From positions 2,220,001-2,252,000 of the forward strand of contig NC_008578.1 of assembly GCF_000015025.1 (NCBI RefSeq): 32,000 nt of DNA, given 5' to 3'. This DNA comes from Acidothermus cellulolyticus 11B. GTDB taxonomy: Bacteria; Actinomycetota; Actinomycetes; Acidothermales; Acidothermaceae. Both the position numbers and the translations under genes were made by a program. Of this stretch, positions 24,225 through 32,000 are shown in pieces (the stretch's first letter is position 1; each line of letters begins with the position of its first letter). Below the pieces are notes generated by a model, which saw only the letters and a list, made by a program, of their open reading frames with translations, was not told the origin of the DNA and did no database searches.

Positions 24225-27023
24225 CTACTCCGAACGGACGGCGGCCCGGCGCCCCCGTCGTGGACGCGGCGTCGTGGGTCCACGACTGCGCCGATCCGCG
24301 AGCAACTCGCTGGCACGTTCCAGGGTCACGTTCTCCAGGGTGTCACCATGGCGGAGCGTTGCGTTGGTCTCGCCGTCCGTCACGTAGGGACCATACCGCC
24401 CGGTCCGCGCCGTGACGGTCCGTCCGGTCGCGGGGTCCACCCCCAGCTCCCGGACCTGCGCGGCCGCGGCCGGCAGACGACGGCCGCGCTGCTTCGGCTG
24501 CGCCAGCAGCTGCAGCGCCTCGTCAAGGGTGAGGGTGAAGAGCTCCTCCTCTGACCCCAGCGACCGGGTCTCGGCGCCCTTCTTCACGAACGGACCGAAC
24601 CGCCCGTTGCTCACGATCACCTGCTCGCCGTCGACCTCGCCAAGCACCCGCGGCAGGCTGAGCAGTTTCAGCGCATCGTCCAGGGTGATCGATTCAACGG
24701 TCATCGAGGAGAGCAGGGACGCCGTCCGCGGCTTGCCCTTGGCGCCCTCGGGCAGGACCTCGGTGACGTACGGCCCATACCGGCCGACCCGAGCGACGAT
24801 GGTGTGACCCGTCGCCGGGTCGACGCCAAGTTCCCGCTCGCCGGTCGGCTGTTCCAGCAACCGGGTGGCGAACTCGACCGTGACCTCGTCGGGTGCCGTG
24901 CCCGGCGGAAGGGACGCCCGCTGCCCGTCCCGTTCGACGTACGTGCCGTAACGGCCGACCCGGACGACGATCCCGGACTCACCGAGCGGGAAGGTGCTGA
25001 TGTCCCGGGCGTCGATCTCCGCCAACCGTTCGGTGACCAGCTGCTTGAGCCCGGCGGCACTGCCGCCGTCGGTCGGTGAACCGAAGTAGAACCGCGTCAA
25101 CCACTCCAGGCGGTGCGCCTCGCCGTTGGCGATCCGGTCAAGGTTCTCCTCCATTTCGGCGGTGAAGTCGTAGTCGACGAGGTTGCCGAAGTGCTTCTCC
25201 AACAGCCGCACCACGGCAAAGGCGAGGAACGTCGGCACCAACGCCTGACCGCGTTTGAAGACGTAATCGCGCTCGATGATGGTGCTCACGATGCTGGCGA
25301 AGGTGGACGGCCGACCGATGCCGCGCTCCTCCAACGCCCGGATGAGGCTGGCCTCGGTGTACCGCGGCGGCGGTGTCGTCGTGTGCTCCGCCGGAGTGAG
25401 CGCCGCGACGGGCACCGTCTCACCCTCGGTGAGGTCGGGGAGGGTGCGGCCCGAGCCGGAGTCGTCCTCCTCGTCGCTGCTCTCCACGTACACCCGGAGG
25501 AACCCGGGTTGCGTGATCACCGTTCCGGTGGCGGCGAATACCGCCTCCCGGCCGGCGTCCGTCACGGCGGCGATCCGGATGCTCACCGTGTATCCGGTGG
25601 CATCGATCATCTGGGAGGCTAGGGTGCGCTGCCAGATCAATTCGTAGAGCCGCAATTCGTCACCGGAGAGCTCCCCGGCCAGGTCAGCCGGCGTCCGGAA
25701 CCGGTCGCCCGCCGGGCGGATCGCCTCATGCGCCTCCTGGGCGTTCTTGACCTTCTTCTCGTAGCGCCGCGGCGCAGCCGGGAGCAGCTGGTCACCGTAC
25801 AACTCGGCGATCTGCGCTCGGGCCGCAGCAAGCGCCGTCTCGGAGAGCGTGGTGGAGTCGGTCCGCATGTAGGTGATGTAGCCGGCTTCGTACAGCCGCT
25901 GCGCAATCCGCATCGTGGCCTGCGAGCTGAGGCCGAGTTTGCGGCTCGCCTCCTGCTGGAGGGTGCTGGTGATGAACGGTGCAGCCGGCGCGCGCCGGTA
26001 CGGCTTGCGCTCAACGCTCCGGACGACGAACTCCGCGCCGTCCAAGCCGCGCACCAGCCGCTGCGCGTCGGCTTCCCCGAGATGGACGACGTCCGGGTTC
26101 TTCAACCGGCCCTGGGCGTCGAAGTCCCGGCCGACCGCCACCCGCTTGCCGTCAATCGCCACGAGGGTGGCGGAGAACGACGGGGTGGTCGCAATCTCGG
26201 CGATGACATCCCAGTACGCAGCCGGCCGGAACGCGATCCGCTCCCGCTCCCGCTCGACGACCATGCGGGTGGCGACGCTCTGCACCCGGCCGGCGGAGAG
26301 CGCCGGCATGACCTTCTTCCACAACACCGGGCTGATCTCGTAGCCGTACAGCCGGTCGAGGATGCGGCGGGTCTCTTGTGCGTCCACCAGCGCTTGGTCA
26401 ATTTCCCGTGGATTGCGGGCCGCCTCCTCGATCGCCTGGCGGGTGATCTCGTGGAAGACCATCCGGCGGACCGGCACGCGGGGCTTCAGCACCTCGACGA
26501 GGTGCCAGGCAATGGCCTCTCCTTCGCGATCCTCATCTGTTGCGAGATAGAGCTCCTCGGCCTGGGCCAGCGCCTGCTTCAGCTTGGTGACCTGTTTGCG
26601 CTTGTCAGCGGCGACGACGTACAGCGGTTCGAAATTCCGGTCGACGTTGACCCCCAGCCGGGCCCAGGGCTCTTTCTTATATTTCTCGGGAATCTCCGCC
26701 GCGGACGCCGGCAAGTCCCGGATGTGGCCGACGCTGGATTCCACGACGTAGCCGGGTCCGAGGAAGCCGGCGATCGTCCGCGCCTTGGCCGGCGACTCGA
26801 CGATCACCAGGCGGGTGCCGCCCTGCGAGGCCGGCCCTCGGCGAGTCCCGGACGCCGCCCGTGTCGCGCCGTCGGCCGGCGTGCCTGAGCGTCGTCCGCT
26901 CCGCGCTGCTGTCGTTGCCACTGCTTGGTCGTTCTCCGTTTCCGGTCCGGACGGCTTCGACGTCCGGGCTGTTGAGGTTCCGCCGGACACGGTAACCGGT
27001 CCGGGTGCCCGGCTGCGGCGCAC
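24225..27023 (-). CDS. topA: DNA topoisomerase I (start uncertain; about 70 extra N-terminal codons in the longest ORF)
   Basis: The TOPRIM domain reads LVIVESPAKARTIAGFLG...ATDEDREGEAIAWH, and the active-site region reads GYITYMRTDS. The long basic C-terminal domain has repeated GRYGPYV units. An alternative GTG start lies at 26921. Confidence 0.9.
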   Translation of the reverse strand: MRRSRAPGPVTVSGGTSTARTSKPSGPETENDQAVATTAARSGRRSGTPADGATRAASGTRRGPASQGGTRLVIVESPAKARTIAGFLGPGYVVESSVGHIRDLPASAAEIPEKYKKEPWARLGVNVDRNFEPLYVVAADKRKQVTKLKQALAQAEELYLATDEDREGEAIAWHLVEVLKPRVPVRRMVFHEITRQAIEEAARNPREIDQALVDAQETRRILDRLYGYEISPVLWKKVMPALSAGRVQSVATRMVVERERERIAFRPAAYWDVIAEIATTPSFSATLVAIDGKRVAVGRDFDAQGRLKNPDVVHLGEADAQRLVRGLDGAEFVVRSVERKPYRRAPAAPFITSTLQQEASRKLGLSSQATMRIAQRLYEAGYITYMRTDSTTLSETALAAARAQIAELYGDQLLPAAPRRYEKKVKNAQEAHEAIRPAGDRFRTPADLAGELSGDELRLYELIWQRTLASQMIDATGYTVSIRIAAVTDAGREAVFAATGTVITQPGFLRVYVESSDEEDDSGSGRTLPDLTEGETVPVAALTPAEHTTTPPPRYTEASLIRALEERGIGRPSTFASIVSTIIERDYVFKRGQALVPTFLAFAVVRLLEKHFGNLVDYDFTAEMEENLDRIANGEAHRLEWLTRFYFGSPTDGGSAAGLKQLVTERLAEIDARDISTFPLGESGIVVRVGRYGTYVERDGQRASLPPGTAPDEVTVEFATRLLEQPTGERELGVDPATGHTIVARVGRYGPYVTEVLPEGAKGKPRTASLLSSMTVESITLDDALKLLSLPRVLGEVDGEQVIVSNGRFGPFVKKGAETRSLGSEEELFTLTLDEALQLLAQPKQRGRRLPAAAAQVRELGVDPATGRTVTARTGRYGPYVTDGETNATLRHGDTLENVTLERASELLADRRSRGPTTPRPRRGRRAAVRSE

Positions 27024-27044
27024 CCGTCCGATCAGTGGATGCCG

Positions 27045-29429
27045 CTACGGGACCGACACGGTCTCGCCGCGCGGCTCCTGAGGTGCGGCGGCGGCCACCG
27101 CCACCGGCCGGCGTTTCGAGACGATCACTGCACCGACAATGATGGCGAACGCGGCGAGCGCGACGCCGATCCGCAGTCCCAGGTTGGCGTGCGTTCCGAC
27201 GCTGAACCGGACGATCGCCGGTGCGACGAGGAGCGACACCAGGTTCATCACCTTGATCAAGGGGTTGATGGCCGGACCTGCGGTGTCCTTGAACGGATCG
27301 CCCACGGTGTCACCGATCACGGTGGCCGCGTGCGCCTCCGAACCCTTGCCGCCGAAGTTGCCGTCCTCGACGAGCTTCTTCGCGTTGTCCCAAGCGCCGC
27401 CGGAATTCGCCAGGAAGATTGCCATCAGCGTGCCGGCGGCAATGGCCCCAGCGAGATAGCCGGCGAGCGCGCCGACGCCGAGGGCGAAACCGGTGGCGAT
27501 CGGGGCGAGGACGGCGAGCAGCCCCGGTGTGGCGAGCTCCCGCAGCGCGTCCCGGGTGACCAGGTCGACCACCCGGCCGTACTCCGGACGCGCGGTGCCC
27601 TCCATGATTCCCTTGATTTCCCGGAATTGCCGGCGTACCTCGAACACCACCGCGCCGGCGGCCCGCCCGACCGCGCTGATGGCCAGCCCGGCGAAGAGGA
27701 AAACGACGCACGCCCCGATGACGACGCCGACGATGGTGTTCGGTTGCGTGATGTCGGACGCCAGGTTGAGGCCGCTCAGCCCGCCGACCACCGAGGTGAC
27801 CCCGGCTTTGATCTTTTCCGTCGCGATGGAATCGGTGAACGAGCCGAACAGTGCCGTTGCCGCGAGCACGGCAGTCGCGATCGCGATCCCCTTGGTGATG
27901 GCCTTGGTTGTGTTGCCGACGGCGTCCAGTTTGGTGAGGACGACGGCGCCCTCGCCGTGCACGTCCTGGGACATCTCCGCAATCCCCTGGGCGTTGTCGG
28001 AGACCGGTCCGAAGGTGTCCATGGAAACGATCACGCCGACGGTGGTCAGCAACCCGGTGCCGGCAAGGGCGACCGCGAAGAGAGCGAGAATGACCGAGCC
28101 GCCGCCGAGGAGGAAGACGCCGTAGACGACGGCGGCGATGACCAGTGCGGAGTAGACCGCGGATTCAAAACCGACCGACACGCCGGCGAGAATGACGGTC
28201 GCCGGGCCGGTGAGCGACGTCCGGCCGATGTCCCGCACCGGCCGCCGGATCGTCTCAGTGAAATAGCCGGTCAGCTGCTGAATCGCCGCCGCGAGCACAA
28301 TGCCGAGGAGCACGGCGACCAACGCGAAGACCCGCGGGTCCCCGGAATGCCGAGCGATCTCACCGTTCGGGTCGATGCCGCGAAGAGCGGAGAATTTCGA
28401 CGGCAGAACCGTGAACGCCGCAATCGCGACCAGGATGAGTGAAAAGACCGCCGACAAGAAGAATCCGCGGTTGATGGCCGTCATGCCGCTGCGATCCCGG
28501 GCCCGGGGTGACACGACGTAAATGCCGAGCATGGCGGTGAGGACGCCGATCGCCGGCACGATCAACGGAAAGACAAGACCCAGGTCGCCGAAGGCGGCTT
28601 TGCCGAGGATGAGCGATGCGACGAGGGTGACCGCGTAGCTCTCAAAAAGGTCGGCGGCCATTCCGGCACAGTCGCCGACATTGTCGCCGACATTATCGGC
28701 GATCGTGGCTGCATTGCGCGGATCGTCCTCCGGAATATGCTGCTCGATTTTCCCTACCAGATCGGCGCCGATATCGGCGGCTTTGGTGAAGATGCCGCCG
28801 CCGACCCGCATGAACATTGCGAGGAGTGCGGCGCCGAAACCGAACCCCTCCAGCACCTTCGGTGCATTCTCCCGGAATATCAGCACAACGACGGCCGCCC
28901 CGAGCAGGCCGAGTCCGACGGTGAACATGCCCGCCACACCACCGGTCCGGAACGCCAGCCGCATCGCCCGGCGATCCTGGGCCAGCCTGGCCGCCGCCGC
29001 GACCCGAAGATTCGCCCGGACGGCGAGCCACATCCCGGTGTATCCGGTGATACCGGAGAACGCCGCACCCACGAGGAAGAAAATCGACCGTCCGATCCGC
29101 TCACCGGTGGAATCGGCCGGGAGAATGAAGAGCAGGAAGAAAACGATGACGGCGAAGACCGCGAGAGTGCGGAATTGCCGACGCAAGTACGCGGCCGCGC
29201 CTTCCTGTACGGCGACCGCGATCCGCTGCATGTTCGCCGTCCCCTGGTCGGCGGCAAGTACTTGTCGTGCCAGGCCGTATGCCACGACCAAGGCCAGCAC
29301 TGCCACGACTGCGATGACCAGAATCCAGGTGTAATTCCCACCGGTCACGTGCACGGTGTCTGCGAGATGCGCCGCCCCGCCAATGCGCCCGCCCGTGGAC
29401 CGGTTGCCTACCTCATCCAGCCAGGACAT
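27045..29429 (-). CDS. hppA: Membrane-bound H+-translocating pyrophosphatase
   Basis: 794 aa with ATG 29429 preceded by GAGGAGGG. Signatures: GGIFTKAADIGADLVGK, DNVGDNVGDCAGMAADLFESY and IGDTVGDPFKDTAGPAINPLIKV. Confidence 0.9.
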   Translation of the reverse strand: MSWLDEVGNRSTGGRIGGAAHLADTVHVTGGNYTWILVIAVVAVLALVVAYGLARQVLAADQGTANMQRIAVAVQEGAAAYLRRQFRTLAVFAVIVFFLLFILPADSTGERIGRSIFFLVGAAFSGITGYTGMWLAVRANLRVAAAARLAQDRRAMRLAFRTGGVAGMFTVGLGLLGAAVVVLIFRENAPKVLEGFGFGAALLAMFMRVGGGIFTKAADIGADLVGKIEQHIPEDDPRNAATIADNVGDNVGDCAGMAADLFESYAVTLVASLILGKAAFGDLGLVFPLIVPAIGVLTAMLGIYVVSPRARDRSGMTAINRGFFLSAVFSLILVAIAAFTVLPSKFSALRGIDPNGEIARHSGDPRVFALVAVLLGIVLAAAIQQLTGYFTETIRRPVRDIGRTSLTGPATVILAGVSVGFESAVYSALVIAAVVYGVFLLGGGSVILALFAVALAGTGLLTTVGVIVSMDTFGPVSDNAQGIAEMSQDVHGEGAVVLTKLDAVGNTTKAITKGIAIATAVLAATALFGSFTDSIATEKIKAGVTSVVGGLSGLNLASDITQPNTIVGVVIGACVVFLFAGLAISAVGRAAGAVVFEVRRQFREIKGIMEGTARPEYGRVVDLVTRDALRELATPGLLAVLAPIATGFALGVGALAGYLAGAIAAGTLMAIFLANSGGAWDNAKKLVEDGNFGGKGSEAHAATVIGDTVGDPFKDTAGPAINPLIKVMNLVSLLVAPAIVRFSVGTHANLGLRIGVALAAFAIIVGAVIVSKRRPVAVAAAAPQEPRGETVSVP

Positions 29430-29586
29430 CTACCCTCCTCGACCGGCGCCGCGCACGGCGACGCCATCCGGCCGCCGGTACACCTGGCGCGGTCGCCGCG
29501 CCGTCACGGCACCGGCGGATTCTGTGGATGCCGGAGTCTACGTCACCACATCCCCGCCAGCGCAAGCGATACCAGACTTGTCACGC

Positions 29587-29754
29587 GGTGACATCGCTCA
29601 CTCGGCGACGCCTTCGGCTGCAGGGTTCCCGCGAGACCCGTCCGGCAGTCGGGTGACATCGCTCACTCGGCGACGCCTTCGGCTGCAGGGTTCCCGCGAG
29701 ACCCGTCCGGCAGTCGGGTGACATCGCTCACTCGGCGACGCCTTCGGCTGCAGG
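29587..29754. repeat. Perfect 65-bp tandem repeat, 2.6 copies, overlapping the 3' end of the anti-sigma kinase gene
   Basis: Copies start at 29587, 29652 and 29717. The two full copies are identical, and the third matches for 38 nt. Each copy contains tcactcggcgacgccttcggctgcagg, the reverse complement of the gene's last 8 codons plus its stop. Confidence 0.9.
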
Positions 29755-30225
29755 CCACCGCAATGAGATCACCGCACCGGCCGGTCCGTACTCAACCCGG
29801 AGATCATCAACGAGGCCGGCGATGACCGCGAGGCCGAGCTGTTCGCGGGTTGCCGGGTCATCGACGTCAGTGAGTCCCTCGGCGCCGTCGAGACCGAGCA
29901 CCGCCCGCGCGGCGGCCGCATTGGCGTTCGGGCGTCCTGATGGCGGTTGGACGACAGCCCGCCCGGTGCGCGGAACGGCGTCCTGCACCTCGACGCAGAA
30001 GGTTTTCCCGTCGTCGCTCAGCCGTACCTCGACCGGCACGGCCGGCGCATGTCGTTGATGCGCCCGGACGGCAAGGGAGCACGCCTCGGAGACGGCGAGC
30101 CGTACCTCGTCGAGCAACGACTCCGGCAGTCCGGCACGACGGGCGACCGCTGTCGCGACAAACCGGGCAGTCCGCACGTGGGCGGGAAGCGCGGTAAACC
30201 GCAAGGTCACCGTCGACCGCACCAT
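29728..30225 (-). CDS. RsbW/SpoIIAB-like anti-sigma factor (HATPase_c serine kinase)
   Basis: ORF 29728..30252 trimmed to ATG 30225 (MVRSTVTLRF...). The N-box-like sequence is LAVSEACSLAV, and the G-box-like sequences are DDGKTFCVEVQD and QLGLAVIAGLVDDL. It lies downstream of a STAS antagonist gene, as in the Streptomyces bldG locus. Confidence 0.7.
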   Translation of the reverse strand: MVRSTVTLRFTALPAHVRTARFVATAVARRAGLPESLLDEVRLAVSEACSLAVRAHQRHAPAVPVEVRLSDDGKTFCVEVQDAVPRTGRAVVQPPSGRPNANAAAARAVLGLDGAEGLTDVDDPATREQLGLAVIAGLVDDLRVEYGPAGAVISLRWPAAEGVAE

Positions 30226-30489
30226 GGCCCCCCATCGAGTCTGTGAGCCCACATCCGTCGGTGAGCCCCCGCCGGTCTGCTCTCCAACCTTCTGTGATCG
30301 GTCACCTGCGGGCTCTCCCGTCGTGATCCCCTTCCGCCGGCACTGCCGTCTGCGGACCCCTGCTGCCGGCTCTCCGGTCCGCGGACCCGTTCCTGCCGAC
30401 GGCGGACCCCTTCCCGCGGGCCGCTCCGCGGTCCCTGGACCCTCACCCGCCGGCTCTTGCGCCGTTTGTGATCAGCATGGCGCACCCGA

Positions 30490-30831
30490 TCAATCCGTCG
30501 CGGCCAACGCCTCCTCGACCGAACTGTAGATCGGGAAGACCTTGGTAAGTCCCGTGATCCGGAAGATCTTCAAGATGCGCTCCTGGGTGCACACCAGCCG
30601 TAACGAACCATCGTGGGCGCGCACCCGTTTGAGCCCGCCCACCAAGACGCCGAGCCCCGTGGAGTCGAGGAATTCGACGTTCTCCATGTCGACGATGATG
30701 TGGTAGACGCCGGCTGACACAAGATCAATGAGCTGTTCGCGGAGTTTCGGTGCCGTGTAGACGTCGATCTCGCCGCTGACGCTGACCACCGTACGGTCAC
30801 CCTCGGTCCGCGTTGACAGGGTTAGGTCCAC
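30490..30831 (-). CDS. bldG: Anti-sigma factor antagonist (STAS domain), BldG-like
   Basis: 113 aa. The sequence [34 protein letters not shown]...[46 protein letters not shown] is near-identical in pattern to Streptomyces BldG as I recall it, including the phosphorylatable DSTG serine. Confidence 0.85.
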   Translation of the reverse strand: MDLTLSTRTEGDRTVVSVSGEIDVYTAPKLREQLIDLVSAGVYHIIVDMENVEFLDSTGLGVLVGGLKRVRAHDGSLRLVCTQERILKIFRITGLTKVFPIYSSVEEALAATD

Positions 30832-30882
30832 GGATTGCCTCCCAAGCAGATCGGTGGGTCGGGTTGGGTTGCCCTACGGTGT

Positions 30883-30924
30883 TGTGCCGGTGGCTACCCG
30901 CTCTTCTGTGCCGGTGGCTACCCG
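30883..30924. repeat. 18-nt direct repeat x2 (24-nt period) in the bldG/helicase intergenic region
   Basis: The sequence tgtgccggtggctacccg occurs at 30883-30900 and 30907-30924. Confidence 0.85.
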
Positions 30925-30940
30925 GTTAGGAGGTATTCAA

Positions 30941-31015
30941 TCACCCACGCCGGCGGGACGGCCGGGTCGATCCCGGGCGCCGGCGGGACGGCCGCGTCGA
31001 TCCCGGTCACCCACG
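30941..31015. repeat. Nested repeat: 28-nt tandem pair (30-nt period) flanked by a 9-nt direct repeat
   Basis: The 9-mer tcacccacg occurs at 30941-30949 and 31007-31015. The 28-mer gccggcgggacggccgNgtcgatcccgg occurs at 30949-30976 and 30979-31006, with one mismatch. Confidence 0.85.
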
Positions 31016-31040
31016 GCCCTGGCTGGGAGACTGGATCGGC

Positions 31041-32000
31041 GTGAAGGTGCCTGCCGCGGTGGTACGCAGCGCGAAGGAGTCCGAGCCCGGCGAATCCGGC
31101 GCCGTTCTCACGGCAGGTGAGCGCGACCATCCCGATGTCGCGGCGCTCTTCGCCGGACGCTCGGTCCACGTCACCGGAGTCGCGACTCTTGCGCCGCGGG
31201 CAGAGCGCGCCGAACCGTGGCCATCGTGGGTGCCGGCGTCCGTGGTCAATGCCTTGCAGGCCACCGGAATTCACCAGCCGTGGCGTCATCAAGTCGAGAC
31301 AGCGGACCTTGCCTACCGCGGACAGCACGTGATCGTGACGACCGGGACGGCGTCGGGCAAGTCGCTCGCCTGCCTTCTTCCCGGCTTGGCGGCGATCGCT
31401 GCAGCGGAGGCGCAAGGCCGCGGCCAGCGGCGGACGCCGACCGTGCTGTATCTCAGTCCAACCAAGGCACTCGCAGCGGACCAGCTGACCCGGATTCGAG
31501 CGTGGGCGGTCCCGGGCGTCTGTGCGGCGATCTATGACGGAGACAGTTCGCCGGCGGACCGGTCCTGGGCCCGCCGGTACGCGAACGTCGTCTTGACCAA
31601 TCCCGACATGGTGCACTACGGGCTGCTGCCGGGTCATCGACGGTGGACGTCGCTCTGGCGTGGACTCCGCTACGTCGTCGTCGATGAATGCCACTGTTAC
31701 CGGGGAATTTTTGGCGCCCAGGTCGCCGCCGTGCTCCGCCGATTGCGGCGGATTTGCCGACACTACGGCGCCGATCCCGTCTTCGTTTGCGCATCGGCGA
31801 CGGTCGCCGAGCCGGACCGTGCGGCCCGGCTGCTCACCGGCGTACCGGCCCGGGTGGTACACGGTGACGCGGCTCCGCGCGCACCGCTTCGCTTCGCCTT
31901 CGTTGAACCAACGGGTGGATCGGCGGTGGCCGAGGCCGCATACGCTGTGGCGCAGCTGGTAGCCCGCGGTCAACGGGTCATCGCGTACATCAATTCGCGC
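31041..32000 (+). CDS. DEAD/DEAH-box helicase, MrfA/YprA (Rv3649-like) family, 5' partial (runs off the window)
   Basis: This ORF is absent from the supplied ORF track because it is open-ended. My hand translation from GTG 31041 (frame opens at 30930; GGGAGA 11 nt upstream) gives ...HQVETADLAYRGQHVIVTTGTASGKSLAC (Walker A 31338-31364), LYLSPTKALAADQ, and VVVDECH (DECH at 31683-31694). Confidence 0.8.
   Translation, partial: MKVPAAVVRSAKESEPGESGAVLTAGERDHPDVAALFAGRSVHVTGVATLAPRAERAEPWPSWVPASVVNALQATGIHQPWRHQVETADLAYRGQHVIVTTGTASGKSLACLLPGLAAIAAAEAQGRGQRRTPTVLYLSPTKALAADQLTRIRAWAVPGVCAAIYDGDSSPADRSWARRYANVVLTNPDMVHYGLLPGHRRWTSLWRGLRYVVVDECHCYRGIFGAQVAAVLRRLRRICRHYGADPVFVCASATVAEPDRAARLLTGVPARVVHGDAAPRAPLRFAFVEPTGGSAVAEAAYAVAQLVARGQRVIAYINSR

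Noticed and set aside
27039-28442. 467-aa plus-strand ORF antisense to hppA.
   Set aside because: It has a low-complexity Arg/Asp/Gly-rich translation. The minus strand carries unmistakable H+-PPase signatures.
29587-29754. Regular 65-bp repeats considered as a CRISPR array.
   Set aside because: The copies are directly contiguous with no unique spacers. The unit is too long, there are no cas genes, and one copy is part of a coding sequence.
30918-31973. 351-aa minus-strand ORF from the track.
   Set aside because: The plus strand in frame with GTG 31041 encodes Walker A and DECH helicase motifs. The minus-strand translation is Arg-rich and has no motifs.

Overview
This is a high-GC actinobacterial chromosome segment. 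Starts and stops were checked by hand; every functional call comes from by-eye motif recognition, because no database search was possible.

Core genes, in order:
- a DMT transporter
- a gabD-like aldehyde dehydrogenase
- a TauE/SafE exporter
- a divergent MarR / DHA2-MFS pair
- a DUF1918 protein
- the F420 genes fbiB-fbiD
- a CaCA cation antiporter, preceded by what looks like a yybP-ykoY (Mn2+) riboswitch and an SD-sequestering hairpin
- tRNA-Thr(CGU)
- a PSP1/RicT-like gene
- a PPOX-class F420 enzyme
- the Streptomyces-type block: holB, MFS-fused tmk, topA, H+-pyrophosphatase, an RsbW-like anti-sigma kinase, a BldG-like STAS antagonist, and the 5' part of an MrfA/YprA-type helicase

The outlier is an ~8.5 kb lower-GC, TTA-codon-rich island (about 11695-20219). 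It is bracketed by a 39-nt imperfect direct repeat and has no mobility gene. It carries one minus-strand operon of four translationally coupled genes:
- two proteins with no motif I can recognise (352 aa and ~535-549 aa)
- a 1162-aa DrmA-like SF2 helicase
- a 600-aa DrmB-like DUF1998 protein

No methyltransferase, PLD or other recognisable nuclease lies anywhere inside the repeat-bounded island. I regard this as a candidate undescribed DISARM-related (helicase + DUF1998) defence system.

Other observations are perfect tandem or direct repeat arrays in intergenic regions:
- a 65-bp unit x2.6 that duplicates the 3' end of the anti-sigma gene
- nested repeats between the bldG-like gene and the helicase
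- a G-rich repeat cluster upstream of fbiB
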